From Torpedo marmorata (lineage: Eukaryota), in NCBI GenBank assembly GCA_977017645.1, contig OZ360246.1, positions 54,808,001 through 54,872,000 of the forward strand: 64,000 nucleotides of DNA, in the 5' to 3' direction. A program made the position numbers and the translations under genes. Every line of letters begins with the position of its first letter. Positions within the stretch are counted from its first letter, which is position 1. Positions 22,421 through 37,000 of the stretch are shown here, piece after piece. Under the pieces are notes generated by a model that did not search any database, was not told where the DNA came from, and saw nothing but the letters and a program-made list of their open reading frames with translations.

Positions 22421-25400
22421 ATTCCAGATGTGCCTCAGCTCTGCACTGCTTTGGTCATACACTGCAATTTCAGATGTGCCCCTGGCTCTGAGCTGCTCTG
22501 ACCAGATACTGCAATTCCAGATGTTGACCGGCTCTGCGCTGCTCTGGTCAGTCACTGCAATTCCAGATGTGCGCCTGGCTCTGCTCTGCTCTGGTCATGC
22601 ACTGCAATTCCAGGTGTGCATCTGGCTCTGCTCTGCTCTGGTAATGCACCACAATTCCAGATGTGGCACCGGCTCTGCACTGCTCTTGTCAGGCACTGCA
22701 ATTCCAGATGTGACCCCTGTCTTTTCGCTGCTCTGGTCAGGCAATGCAGTTCCAGATGTGCCTCTGGCTCTGAGCTGCTCTGACCAGATACTGCAATTCC
22801 AGATGTGGACAGGCTCTGCGCTGCTCTGGTCAGTCACTACAATTCCAGATGTGTATCTGGCTCTGCTCTGGTCAGGTGCCGCGATTCCAGATGTGCCCCT
22901 GGCTCAGCGCTGCTCTGCTCAGGCACTGCAATTAGAGATGTGCCCCCAGTTCTGTGCTGGATTGGTCAGAGACTGGAATTCCAGATGAGGCCCCGGCTCT
23001 GCCTGCTCTGGTCAGTCACTGAAATTCCAGATGTGAACCTTGCTCTGTGCTGTCCTGGTCAGGCATTGCAGTTCCAGATGTGCCCCCTGTCTCTGTGCTG
23101 TGCTGATCAGGCACTGCAATTTCAGATGTGCCCCCCAGCTCTGCACTGCTCTGGTCAGGCAATACCGTTCCAGGTGTGCCCCCACCCGGATCTGTGCCAT
23201 ATTGGTCAGTCACTGCAATTCCAGACGTGGCCCCCGGCTGTGCACTGCCCTGGTAAGGCCCTGCCGTTCCAGATGTGCCCCCACCCGGCTCTGTGCTATA
23301 TTGGTCAGTCACTGCAATTCCAGATGTGGCCCCCGGCTCTGTGCTGCTCTGGACAGGCACTACAAATCGAGATCCCACGCCCGCAGCTCTGCACTGCTCT
23401 GGTCAGAGGCTGAAATTCCAGATGTGGCTCCGGCTCTGCTCTGCTCTGGTGAGTCACTGCAATTCCAGATGTGCCCTCGACACTGCGCTGCCCTGGTCAT
23501 ACACTGCAATTTCAGATGTGGGCCCCCGGCTCTGTGCTGATCTGGTCAGGCACGACAATTCCAGATGTGCCCCGGCACTGAGGTGCTCTGATTAGAGAGT
23601 GCAATTCCACATGTAACCCCGGCTCTGTGCTGCTCTGGCAAGTCACTGAAATTCCAGATGTGCCTCCGGCTCTGCTCTGCTCGTGTCAGGCACTGCAATT
23701 CCAGATGTAGCCCCCGGATCTCCGCTGCTCTGGTCCGGCACTGCAATCCCAGATGTGGCCCCTGGCTCAGCACTGCTCTGGTCAGACACAGCAATTTCAC
23801 ATGTGGTCGCTCGGCTCTGCGCTGCTCTGCTCTGGCACTACAATTCCAGATGTGACACCCTGGCTCTGCGCTGCTCTGGTCAGGCACCACAATTCCAGAT
23901 GTGTCCCTGGCTCTGTACTGTTCTGGTCAGGCACCGCAATTCAAGATGTGTCCCACGTCTCTTCGCTGCTCTGGTCAGGCACTGCAGATCCAGATGTGCC
24001 AACCTGGCTCTGCGCTGCACTGGTAGGTCACTGCAATTCCAGATGTGACCCCGGCTCTGCGCTGCTCTGGTCAGGCATTGCAATTACAGATGTGCCCCCG
24101 GCTATGCTGCTCTGTTCAGACACTGCAATTCCAGTATTACACCATGGATCTGTGCTGCTCTGGTCAGGCCCTGCAGTTATAGATATGGCCACCCGGTTCT
24201 GTGCTTCCTTGGTCAGAGTGAAATTTACGATGTGGCCCCGGCTCTGCCCTTCTCTGGGCAGTCACTACAGTTCCAGATGTGTCCCCCAGATCTGCACTGC
24301 TCTGATCAGGCACTGCAGTTCCAGATGTGCCCACTGGCTCTGTGCTGTGCTGGTCAGGCACTGCAATTTCAGATGTGGCCCCGGATCTGCACTGCTCTGC
24401 TCATTGCAATTTCAGATGTGGGCTCCCGGCTCTGTGCTGCTCTGGACAGGAACTGCAATTCCAGATGTGCCCTTGGCTCTGAGCTGCTCTGACCAGATAC
24501 TGCAATTCCAGATGTAGCCCGGCTCTGCACTGCTCTGGTCAGTCACTGCAATTCCTGATGTGTATCTGGCTCTGCTCTGCTCTGGTCAGGCACCGCAGTT
24601 CCAGATGTGGCCCCGGCTCTGCACTGCTCTTGTCAGACACAGCAATTCCAGATGTGACCCCCGTCTTTTCACTGCTCTGGTCAGGAACGCAGTTCCAGAT
24701 GTGCCGCTGGCTCTGCACTGCTCTGGTTAGAGGCTGAAATTCCAGATGTGGCCCGCCTCTGCGCTTCTCTGGCCAGTCACTTAAATTTCAGACGTGGGAC
24801 CCCTTGTCTGTGCTGATATGGTCGGGCACAACAATTCCAGATGTGCCCAAGGTTCTGAGCTGCTCTGATGAGAGACTTCAATTCCAGATATGGCCCCGGC
24901 TCTGTGCTGCTCTGGCCAGTCACTGAAATTCCAGATGTGCCTACGGCTCTGCTCGGCTCTGGTCAGGCACCACAATTCCAGATTTAGCTCCCGGATCTGC
25001 GCTTCTCTGGTCAGCCACTACAAATCGAGTTGCCACCCCAGCTCTGCACTGCGCTATTCAGAGGCTGCAAATCCAGATGTGGATCCGACTCTGCGCTGCT
25101 CTGGTGAGTCACTGCAATTCCAGATGTGCCCCCGGCTGTGCACTGCTCTGGTCATACACTGTAATTTCAGATGTGGGCCCCTGGCTCTATGCTTCTCTGG
25201 TCAGGCACTATAATTTTTGATGTGCCCCCGGCTCTGAGCTGCTCTGATCAGAGACTACAATTCCAGATGTGGCCCCGGCTCTGCACTGATCAAGTCAGGC
25301 AACTCAATTCCAGATGTTTTCCCGGCTCTGCCCTGCTCTGGTCAGTCACTGCAATTGCAGATGTGCACCATGGCTCCGTGCTGCTCTGGCCAGGCACTGC

Positions 25401-27764
25401 AGTTCCAGGTGTGCCCACACCCGGCTCTGTGGTATATTGGTCAGTCACTGCAATTCCAGAGGTGACCCTCGGTCCTGCATTGCACTGGTCAGGCACTGAA
25501 ATTGCAGATATAGCCCCGGCTCTGTGCTGCTCTGGTCAGGCATCGCAATTCAAGATGTGTCCCACGGCTCTTCTCTGCTCTGGTCAGGCACTGCAGTCCA
25601 GATGTGCCAACCTGGATCAGCGCTGCACTGGTCAGTCATCGCAATTCCATATGTGACCCCGGCTCTGCGCTGCAAATCAAGATGCCCCTCCCCCCCCAGC
25701 TCTGAACTGCTCTAGTCAGAGGTTGCCATTCCAAATGTGGCTCCGTCTCTGCGCTGCTCTGGTGAGTCATGGCAATTCCAGATGTGCCCCCGGTTCTGCC
25801 CTGCTCTGATCAAACACTGCAATTTCAGATGTGGGCCCCCGGCTCTATGCTGCTCTGGTCAGGCTCTGCAATTCCAGATGTTCCCCTGGCTCTGAGCTGC
25901 TCTGACCAGATACTGCAATTCCAGATGTGGCCCGGCTCTGCGCTACTCTGGTCAGTCTCTCCAATTCCAGATGTGCATCTTGCTCTGCTCTGCTCTGGTC
26001 AGACCCCGCAATTCCAGATGTTGCCCCGGCTCTGCGCTGCTCTTGTCAGGCACTGCAATTCAAGCTGTGACCCCCCGTCTTTTCGCTGCTCTGGTCAGGC
26101 AATGCAGTTCCAGTAGTGCCCCTCGCTCAGCGCTGCTCTGCTCAGGCACTGCAATTACACATGTGCCCCCGGCTGTGCTGCTCTGGTCAGGCATGGCAGT
26201 TCCAGATGTGCCCCCACCCGGCTCTGTGCTATATTGGTCAGTCACTGCAATTCCAGATGTGGCCCCGGCTATCTGCTGCTCTGAACAGGCACTACAAATC
26301 GAGATCCCCACCCCCGCAGCTCTGCACTGCTCTGGTCAGAGGCTGAAATTCCAGATGTGGCTCCGGCTCTGCTCTGGTGAGTCACTGCAATTCCAGATGT
26401 GATCCCGACACTGCGCTGCCCTGGTCATACAGTACAATTTCAGATGTGGGCCCCATGCTCTGTGCTGATCTGGTCAGGCACGACAATTCCAGATGTGCCC
26501 CGGCACTGAGGTGCTCTGATAAGAGACTGCAATTCCACATGTGGCCCCGGCTCTGTGCTGCTCTGGCCAGTCACTGAAATTCCAGATGTGCCTCCGGCTC
26601 TGCTCTGCTCGGGTCAGGCACTGCAATTCCAGATGTAGCCCCCGGATCTCCACTGTTCTGGTCAGGCACTGCAATCCCAGATGTGGCCCCTGGCTCAGCG
26701 ATGCTCTGGTCAGGCACTGCAATTCCCGTTGTGACCACCCGGCTTCACAATGCTCTGGTCAGGCACTGCATTTCCAGATGTGGCACCTGGCTCAGCACTG
26801 CTCTGGTCAGACACAGCAATTTCACATGTGGTCCCTCGGCTCTGCGCTGCTCTGTTCTGGCACTACAATTCCAGATGTGACACCCCGGCTCTGCGCTGTT
26901 CTGGTCAGGCACCACAATTCTCGATGTGCCCCTGGCTCAGCACTGCTCTGATCAGGCACTGCAATTACAGATTTGTCCCCTAGCTCTGTGCTGTGCTGGT
27001 CAGGCTCTGCATTATCAGACGTGTCCGACAGCTCTGCACTGCTCTGGCCAGGCACTGCAGTTCCAGATGTGCCCCCACCTGGGTCTGTGGTATATTGGTC
27101 AGTCACTGCAATTCCGGATGTGCATCTGGTTCTGCTCTGCTCTGTACAGGCACTTCAAATCGAGATCCACCCACGCTGCTCTGGTCAGAGACTGCAATTC
27201 CAGATGTGACCCGGCTCTGCTCTGCTCTGGTCAGGCACTACAATTCCAGATGTGTCCCTGGCTCTGCACTGTTCTGGTCAGGCATCGCAATTCAAGATGT
27301 GTTATACTGCTCTACTCTGCTCTGGTCAGGCACTGCAGTCCAGATGTGCCAACCCGTATCAGCGCTGCACTGGTCAGTCATTGCAATTCCAGATGTGACC
27401 CCGGCTCTGTGCTGCTCTGGTCAGGCATTGCATTTCTTGATGTGCCCCTGGCTGAGCACTGCTCTGCTCAGGCACTGCAATTACAGATGTGCCCCCAGCT
27501 GTGATGCTCTGGTCAGACACTGCAATTCCAGTATTGCACCATGGCTCTATGCTGCTCTGGTCAGGCACTGCAGTTCCAGATGTGGCCCCCCAGTTCTGTG
27601 CTGCTTTGGTCAGACACTAAAATTCCAGATGTTCCCTGGCTCTGCGCTGCATTGGTCAGAGTGCAATTCCAGATGTGGCCCAGGCTCTGCCCTGCTCTGG
27701 TCAGTCACTGCAATTCCAGATTGTCCCCCAGCTCTGCACTGCTCTACTCAGGCACTGCAGTTCC

Positions 27765-30700
27765 AGATGTGCCCCCACCCGGCTCTGTGCTATATTGGTC
27801 TGTAACGGCAATTCCAGGTGTGACCCTCAGCTCTGCACCTCGCTGGTCAGTCACTGCAATTCCAGTATTGCACCATGGCTCTGTGCTCTTCTGGTCATGT
27901 ACTGCAGTTCCAGATGTGGTGCCCCGGTTCTGTGCTGCTCTGGTCAGACACTACAATTCCATTTGCCCCCACCCCCCCCCCCGGCTCTGCGCTACATTGG
28001 TCAGAGTGCAATTCCAGTTGTGGCCCTGGCTCTGCCCTGCTCTGGTCACACTGCAATTCCAGATGTGTCCCTCAGCTCTGCACTGCTCTGGTCAGGCACT
28101 GCAGTTCCAGATATGCCCCCACCCGGCTCTGTGCTATATTGGTCAGTCACTGCAATTCAAGTTGTGTCCCCCGGTTCTGTGCTGCACTGGTCAGCCACTA
28201 CAAATCGAGTTGCCACCCCAGCTCTGCACTGCTCTAGTCAGAGGCTGAAAGTCCAGATGTGGCTCAGACTCTGCGCTGCTCTGGCGAGTCACTGCAATTC
28301 CAGATGTGTCCCCCAGCTCTGTACTGCTCTGGTCAGGCACTGCAGTTCCAGATATGCCCCCACCCGGCTCTTTGGTATATTGGTCATACACTGTAATTTC
28401 AGATGTGGGCCCCTTCCTCTGTGCTGCTCTGGTCAGGCACTATAATTCCAGATGTGCCCCCGGCTCTGAGCTGCTCTGATCAGACTATAATTCCAGATGT
28501 GTCCTCGGCTCTGCGCTGCTCAAGTCAGGCAACTCAATTCCCGATGTTTTCCCGGCTCTGCCCTGCTTTGGTCAGTCACTGCAATTGCAGATGTGCACCA
28601 TGGCTCTGTGCTGCTCTGGTCATGCACTGCAGTTCCAGATGTGCACCCTAGCTCTGTGATGTGCTGGTCAGGCACTGCAATATCAGATGTGTCCCCCAGC
28701 TCTGCACTGCTCTGGCCAGGCACTGCAGTTCCAGGTGTGCCCCCACCCGGCCCTGTGGTATATTGGTCAGTCACTGCAATTCCAGAGGTGACCCTCGGTC
28801 GTGCATTGCACTGGTCAGGCACTGAAATTGCAGATATGGCCCCCGGCTCTGTGCTGCTCTGGTCAGGCATGACAAATCAAGATGCCCCCCCCTTACCAGC
28901 TCTGCACTGCTCTAGTCAGAGGTTGCCATTCCAGATGTGGCTCCGGTTTCTGCACGGCTCTGGTGAGTCACGGCAATTCCCTATGTGCATCTCGCTCTGC
29001 TCTGCTCTGGTCAGTCACCGCAATTCCAGATGTGGACCCGGCTCTGCACTGCTCTGGTCATACACTGCAATTTCAGATGTGGGCCCCCGGCTCTGTTCTG
29101 CTCTGATCAGGCACTGTAATTCTTGATGCGCCCCTGGCTCTGAGCTGTTCTGACCAGATACTGCAATTCCAGATGTGGCCCGGCTCTGCGCTGCTCTGGT
29201 CAGTCACTGCAATTCCAGATGTGCATATGGCTCTGCTCTGATCAGACACCGCAATTCCAGATGTGGACCCGGCTCTGCGCTGCTCCTGTCAGGCACTGCA
29301 ATTCAAGCTGTGACCCCCGTCTTTTCGCTGCTCTGGTCAGGCAATGCAGTTCCAGTTGTGCCCCTGGCTCAGCGCTACTCTGCTCAGGCACTGCAATTAC
29401 ATATGTGTCCCCGGCTGTGCTGCTCTGGTCAGGCATGGCAGTTCCAGATGTGCCACCTGGATCTGTGCTGTGCTGGTCAGGCACTGCAATTTCAGATGTG
29501 CCCCCACCCGGCTCTGTGCTATATTGGTCTGTAACGGCAATTCCAGGTGTGACCCTCGGCTCTGCACCTCGCTGGTCAGTCACTGCAATTCCAGTATTGC
29601 ACCATGGCTCTGTGCTCCTCTGGTCATGTACTGCAGTTCCAGATGTGGTGCCCCGGTTCTGTGCTGCTCTGGTCAGACACTACAATTCCATGTGCCCCCA
29701 CCCCCCACCGCAGGCTCTGCGCTACATTGGTCAGAGTGCAATTCCAGATGTGGCCCTGGCTCTGCCCTGCTCTGGTCACACTACAATTCCAGATGTGTCC
29801 CTCAGCTCTGCACTGCTCTGGTCAGGCACTGCAGTTCCAGATATGCCCCCACCCGGCTCTGTGCTATATTGGTCAGTCACTGCAATTCCAGTTGTGGCCC
29901 CCGGTTCTGTGCTGCTCTGGTCAGCCACTACAAATCGAGTTGCCACCCCATCTCTGCACTGCTCTAGTTAGAGGCTGAAAGTCCAGATGTGGCTCCGACT
30001 CTGCGCTGCTCTGGTGAGTCACTGCAATTCCAGATGTGTCCCCCAGCTCTGTACTGCTCTGGTCAGGCACTGCAGTTCCAGATATGCCCCCACCCGGCTC
30101 TGTGCTATATTGGTCATACACTGTAATTTCAGATGTGGGCCACTTCCTCTGTGCTGCTCTGGTCAGGCACTATAATTCCAGATGTGCCCCCGGCTCTGAG
30201 CTGCTCTGATCAGACTACAATTCCAGATGTGTCCCCGGCTCTGCGCTGCTCAAGTCAGGCAACTCAATTCAAGATGTTTACCCGGCACTGCCCTGCTTTG
30301 GTCAGTCACTGCAATTGCAGATGTGCACCATGGCTCTGTGCTGCTCTGGTCAGGAACTGCAGTTCCAGATGTGCACCCTAGCTCTGTGATGTGCTGGTCA
30401 GGCACTGCAATATCAGATGTGTCCCCCAGCTCTGCACTGCTCTGGCCAGGCACTGCAGTTCCAGGTGTGCCCCCACCCGGCTCTGTGGTATATTGGTCAG
30501 TCACTGCAATTCCAGAGGTGACCCTCGGTCCTGCATTGCACTGGTCAGGCACTGAAATTGCAGATATGGCCCCCGGCTCTGTGCTGCTCTGGTCAGGCAT
30601 GACAAATCAAGATGCCCCCCCGCCTTACCAGCTCTGCACTGCTCTAGTCAGAGGTTGCCATTCCAGATGTGGCTCCGGTTTCTGCACGGCTCTGGTGAGT

Positions 30701-31230
30701 CACGGCAATTCCCTATGTGCATCTCGCTCTGCTCTGCTCTGGTCAGTCACCGCAATTCCAGATGTGGACCCGGCTCTGCACTGCTCTGGTCGTACACTGC
30801 AATTTCAGATGTGGGCCCCCGGCTCTGTTCTGCTCTGATCAGGCACTGTAATTCTTGATGCGCCCCTGGTTCTGAGCTGTTCTGACCAGATACTGCAATT
30901 CCAGATGTGGCCCGGCTCTGCGCTGCTCTGGTCAGTCACTGCAATTCCAGATGTGCATATGGCTCTGCTCTGATCAGACACCGCAATTCCAGATGTGGAC
31001 CAGCCTCTGCGCTGCTCCTGTCAGGCACTGCAATTCAAGCTGTGACCCCCGTCTTTTCGCTGCTCTGGTCAGGCAATGCAGTTCCAGTTGTGCCCCTGGC
31101 TCAGCGCTACTCTGCTCAGGCACTGCAATTACATATGTGCCCCCGGCTGTGCTGCTCTGGTCAGGCATGGCAGTTCCAGATGTTCCACCTGGATCTGTGC
31201 TGGTCAGGCACTGCAATTTCAGATGTGCCC
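27765..31230 (+). repeat. Higher-order tandem duplication, period ~1730 bp
   Basis: Rare variant tgtaacggca at 27801 and 29530; ORF offsets 28191/29921 and 28520/30250. Confidence 0.88.
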
Positions 31231-34029
31231 CCTAGCTTTGCACTGCTGTGGTCAGGCCCTGCCGTAACAGATATGCCCCCACCCGGCTCTGTCCTATATT
31301 GGTCAGTCACTGCAATTCCAGATGTGGCCCCCGGCTCTGTGCTGCTCTGGCCATTCACTGAAATTCCAGATGTGCATCCTGCTCTGCTCTGCTCGGGTCA
31401 GGCACTGCAATTCCAGATGTAGCCCCCGGATCTCCGCTGCTCTGGTCAGGAACTGCAATCCCAGATGTGGCCCCTGGCTCAGCGATGCTCTGGTCAGGCA
31501 CTGCAATTCCCAGTTTGACCACCCGGCTTCGCACTGCTCTGGTCAGTCACTGCAATTCTAGTATTGCACCATGGCTCTGTGCTCCTCTGGTCATGTACTG
31601 CAGTTCCAGATGTGTTGCCCCGGTTCTGTGCTGCCCTGGTCAGACACTACAATTCCAGGTGCCCACCCCCCGGCTCTGCGCTACATTGGTCAGAGTGCAA
31701 TTCCAGATGTGGCACTGGCTCTGCCCTTCTCTGGTCACACTGCAATTCCAGATGTGTCCCCATCTCTGCACTGCTCTGGTCAGGCACTGCGGTTCCAGAT
31801 ATGCCCCCACCCGGCTCTGTGCTATATTGGTCAGTCACTGCAATTCCAGATGTGGCCCCCGGTCCTGTGCTGCACTGGTCAGTCACTACAAATCGAGTTG
31901 CCACCCCAGCTCTGCACTGCTCTAGTCAGAGGCTGCAAATCCAGATGTGGCTCCGACTCTGCGCTGCTCTGGTGAGTCCCTGCAATTCCAGATGTGTCCC
32001 CCAGCTCTGCACTGCTCTGGTGAGGCACTGCAGTTCCAGATATGCCCCCATCCGGCTCTGTGCTATATTGGTCATAGACTGTAATTTCAGATGTGGGCCC
32101 CTGGCTCTGCGCTGCTCAAGTCAGGCAACTCAATTCCAGATGTTTTCCCGGCTGCCCTGCTCTGGTCAGTCACGGCAATTGCAGATGTGCACCATGGCTC
32201 TGTGCTGCTCTGGTCAGGCACTGCAGTTCCAGATGTGCCCCCTAGCTCTGTGCTGTGCTCGTCAGGCACTGCAATATCAGATGTGTCCCCAAGCTCTGCA
32301 CTGCTCTGGCCAGGCACTGCAGTTCCAGGTGTGCCCCCACCCGGATCTGTGGTATATTGGTCAGTCACTGCAATTCCAGAGGTGACCCTCGGTCCTGCAT
32401 TGCACTGGTCAGGCACTGAAATTGCAGATATGGCCCCCGGCTCTGTGCTGCTCTGGTCAAGCATGACAAATCAAGATGCCCCACCACCCCCCCTCCCCCG
32501 CTCACCAGCTCTGCACTGCTCAAGTCAGAGGTTGCCATTCCAGATGTGGCTCTGGCTCTGCGCTGCTCTGGTGAGTCACAGCAATTCCAGATGTGCATCT
32601 GGCTCTGCTCTGCTCTGGTCAGTCACCGCAATTCCAGATGTGGACCAGGCTCTGCACTGCTCTGGTCATACACTGCAATTTCAGATGTGGGCCCCCGGCT
32701 CTGTGCTGCTCTGGCCAGGCACTGTAATTCCAGATGTGCCCCCGGCTCTGAGCTGCTCCGAGCAGATACTGCAATTCCAGATGTGGCCCGGCTCTGCACT
32801 GCTCTGGTCAGTCACTGCAATTCCAGATGTACATATGGCTCTGCTCTGCTCTGGTCAGACACCGCAATTCCAGATGTGGCCCTGGCTCTGCGCTGCTCTT
32901 GTCAGGCACTACAATTCAAGCTGTGACCCCCGTCTTTTCGCTCTCTGGTCAGGCACTGCAATTTTAGATGTGCCCGCTAACTTTGCACTGCTGTGGTCGG
33001 ACCCTGCCGTTCCAGATATGCCCCCACCCGGCTCTGTCCTATATTGGTCAGTCACTGCAATTCCAGATTTGGCCCCCGGCTCTGTGCTGCTCTGGACAGG
33101 CACTGAAAATCGAGATCCCCCACGCAACTCTGCACTGCTCTGGGCAGAGGCTGAAATTCCAGATGTGGCTCCGGCTCTGCTCTGCTCTGGTGAGTCACTG
33201 CAATTCCAGATGTGCCCCCGACACAGCGCTGCCCTTGTCATACACTGCAATTTCAGATGTTGGCCCCCGGCTCTGCGCTGATCTGGTCAGGCACTGCAAT
33301 TCCCGATGTGCCACGGCTCTGAGCTGCTCTGATCAGAGACTGCAATTCCACATGTGGCCCCGTCTCTGTGCTGCTCTGGCCATTCACTGAAATTCCAGAT
33401 GTGCCTCCTGCTCTGCTCTGCTCGGGTCAGGCACTGCAATTCCAGATGTAGCCCCCGGATCTCCGCTGCTCTGGTCAGGAATTGCAATCCCAGATGTGGC
33501 CCCTGGCTCACCGATGCTCATGTCAGGCACTGCAATTCCCAGTGTGACCACCCGGCTTCGCACTGCTCTTGGTCAGGCACTGCAATTCCCGATGTTACCA
33601 CCCGGCTTCACACTGCTCTTGTCAGGCACTGCATTTCCAGATGTGGCACCTGGCTCAGCACTGATCTGGTCAGACACTGCAATTTCACATGTGGTTACTC
33701 GGCTCTGCGATGCTCTGGTCTGGCACTACAATTCCAGATGTGACACCCCGGCTCTGCGCTGCTCTGGTCAGAGACTGCAATTCCAGATAAGACCCGGCTC
33801 TTAGCTGCTCTGGTCAGGCACTGCAGTTCCAGATGTGCCAACCCGGCTCTGCGCTGCACTGGTCAGTCACTGCAATTCCAGATGTGACCCCGGATCTGCG
33901 CTGCTCTGGTCAGGCACTGCAATTCTAGATGTGTCACTGGCTCAGCACTGCTCTGCTCAGGCATTGCAATTACAGATGTGCCCCCGGCTGTGCTGCTCTG
34001 GTCAGACACTGCAATTCAGGTATTGCACC

Positions 34030-37000
34030 ATGGCTCTGTGCTGCTCTGGTCAGGCACTGTAATTCCAGATGTGCCCCCGGCTCTGAGCTGCTCCGAGCAG
34101 ATACTGCAATTCCAGATGTGGCCCGGCTCTGCGCTGCTTCGGTCAGTCACTGCAATTCCAGATGTACATATGGCTCTGCTCTGCTCTGGTCAGACACCGC
34201 AATTCCAGATGTGGCCCTGGCTCTGTGCTGCTCTTGTCAGGCACTGCAATTCAAGCTGTGACCCCCATCTTTTCGCTCTCTGGTCAGGCAATGCAGTTCC
34301 AGTTGTGCCCCTGGCTCAGCGCTACTCGGCTCAGGCACTGCAATTACATATGAGCCCCCGGCTGTGCTGCTCTGGTCAGGCAGGGCAGTTCCAGATGTGC
34401 CCCCTGGATCTGTGCTGTGCTGGTCAGGCACTGCAATTTCAGATGTGCCCGCTAACTTTGCATTGCTGTGGTCAGACCCTGCCGTTCCAGATATGCCCCC
34501 ACCCGGCTCTGTCCTATATTGGTCAGTCACTGCAATTCCAGATTTGGCCCCCGGCTCTGTGCTGCTCTGGACAGGCACTACAAATCGAGATCCCCCCCCG
34601 CAACTCTGCACTGCTCTGGGCAGAGGCTGAAATTCCAGATGTGGCTCCGGCTCTACACTTCTCTGGTGAGTCACTGCAATTCCAGATGTGCCCCCGACAC
34701 AGCGCTGCCCTGGTCATACACTGCAATTCCCGATGTGCCACGGCTCTGAGCTGCTCTGATCAGAGACTGCAATTCCACACGTGGCCCCGTCTCTGTGCTG
34801 CTCTGGCCATTCACTGAAATTCCAGATGTGCATCCTGCTCTGCTCTGCTCGGGTCAGGCACTGCAATTCCAGATGTAGCCCCCGGATCTCCGCTGCTCTG
34901 GTCAGGAATTGCAATCCCAGATGTGGCCCCTGGCTCACCGATGCTCATGTCAGGCACTGCAATTCCAGGTGTGACCACCCGGCTTCGCACTGCTCTTGTC
35001 AGGCACTGCATTTCCAGATGTGGAACCTGGCTCAGCACTGATCTGGTCAGACACTGCAATTTCGCATGTGGTTACTCGGCTCTGCGATGCTCTGGTCTGG
35101 CACAACAATTCCAGATGTGACACCCCGGCTCTGCGCTGCTCTGGTCAGAGACTGCAATTCCAGATAAGACCCGGCTCTGCGCTGCTCTGGTCAGGCACTA
35201 CAATTCCAGATGTGTCCCTGGCTCTGCACTGTTATGGTCAGGCACTGCAATTCAAGATGTGTCCCACGGCTCTTCGCTGCTCTGGTCAGGCACTGCAGTT
35301 CCAGATGTGCCAACCCGGCTCTGCGCTGCACTGGTCAGTCACTGCAATTCCAGATGTGACCCCGGATCTGCGCTGCTCTGGTCAGGCACTGCAATTCTAG
35401 ATGTGTCACTGGCTCATCACTGCTCTGCTCAGGCATTGCAATTACAGATGTGCCCCCGGCTGTGCTGCTCTGGTCAGACACTGCAATTCCAGTATTGCAC
35501 CATGGCTCTGTGCTGCTCTGGTCAGGCACTGCAGTTCCAGATGTGGCCCCCCGGTTCTGTGCTGCTTTGGTCAGACACTACAATTCCAGATGTCCCCCCG
35601 GCTCTGCGCTGCATTGCTCAGAGTGCAATTCAAGAAGTGGCCCTGGCTCTGGTCACACTGCAATTCCAGATGTGTTCCTCAGCTCTGCACTGCTCTGGTC
35701 AGGCACTGCAGTTCCAGATGTGGTGCCCCGGTTCTGTGCTGCTATGGTCGGATATTACAATTCCAGGGGCCCCCCGGCTCTGCGCTACATTGATCAGAGT
35801 GCAATTCCAGATGTGGCCCTGGCTCTGCCCTGCTCTGGTCACACTGCAATTCCAGATGTGTCCCCACCCGACTCTGTGCTATATTGGTCAATCACTGCAA
35901 TTCCAGGTGTGGCCCCCGGTTCTGTTCTGCACTGGTCAGCCACTACAAATCGAGTTGCCACCCCAGCTCTGCACTGCTCTAGTCAGAGGCTGCAAATCCA
36001 GATGTGGCTCCGACTCTGCGCTGCTCTGGTGAGTCACTGCAATTCCAGATGTGTCCCCCAGCTCTGCACTGCTCTGGTCAGGCACTGCAGTTCCAGATAT
36101 GCCCCCACCCGGCTCTGTGCTATATTGGTCATACACTTTAATTTCAGATGTGGGCCCCTGCCTCTGTGCTGCTCTGGTCAGGCATTATAATTCCAGATGT
36201 GCCCCCGGTTCTGAGCTGCTCTGATCAGAGACTACAATTCCAGATGTGGCCCCGGCTCTGCGCTGCTCAAGTCAGGCAACTCAATTCCAGATGTTTCCCG
36301 GCTGCCCTGCTCTGGTCAGTCACTGCAATTGCAGATGTGCACCATGGCTCTGTGCTGCTCTGGTCAGGCACTGCAGTTCCAGATGTGCCCCCTAGCTCTG
36401 TGCTGTGCTGGTCAGGCACTGCAGTTCGAGGTGTGTCCCCACCCGGCTCTGTGGTATATTGGTCAGTCACTGCAATTCCAGAGGTGACCTGCGGTCCTGC
36501 ATTGCACTGGTCAGGCACTGAAATTGCAGATATGGCCCCCGGCTCTGTGCTGCTCTGGTCAAGCATGACAAATCAAGATGTCCCCCCCCTTCCCCCCCGC
36601 TCACTAGCTCTGCACTGCTCAAGTCAGAGGTTGCCATTCCAGATGTGGCTCTGGCTCTGCGCTGCTCTGGTGAGTCACTGCAATTCCAGATGTGCATCTG
36701 GCTCTGCTCTGCTCTGGTCAGTCACCGCAATTCCAGATGTGGACCCGGCTCTGCACTGCTCTGGTCATACACTGCAATTTCAGATGTGGGCCCCCGGCTC
36801 TGTGCTGCTCTGATCAGGCACTGTAATTCCAGATGTGCCCCCGGCTCTGAGCTGCTCCGAGCAGATACTGCAATTCCAGATGTGGCCCGGCTCTGCGCTG
36901 CTCTGGTCAGTCACTGCAATTCCAGATGTACATATGGCTCTGCTCTGCTCTGGTCAGACACCGCAATTCCAGATGTGGCCCCGGCTCTGCGCTGCTCTTG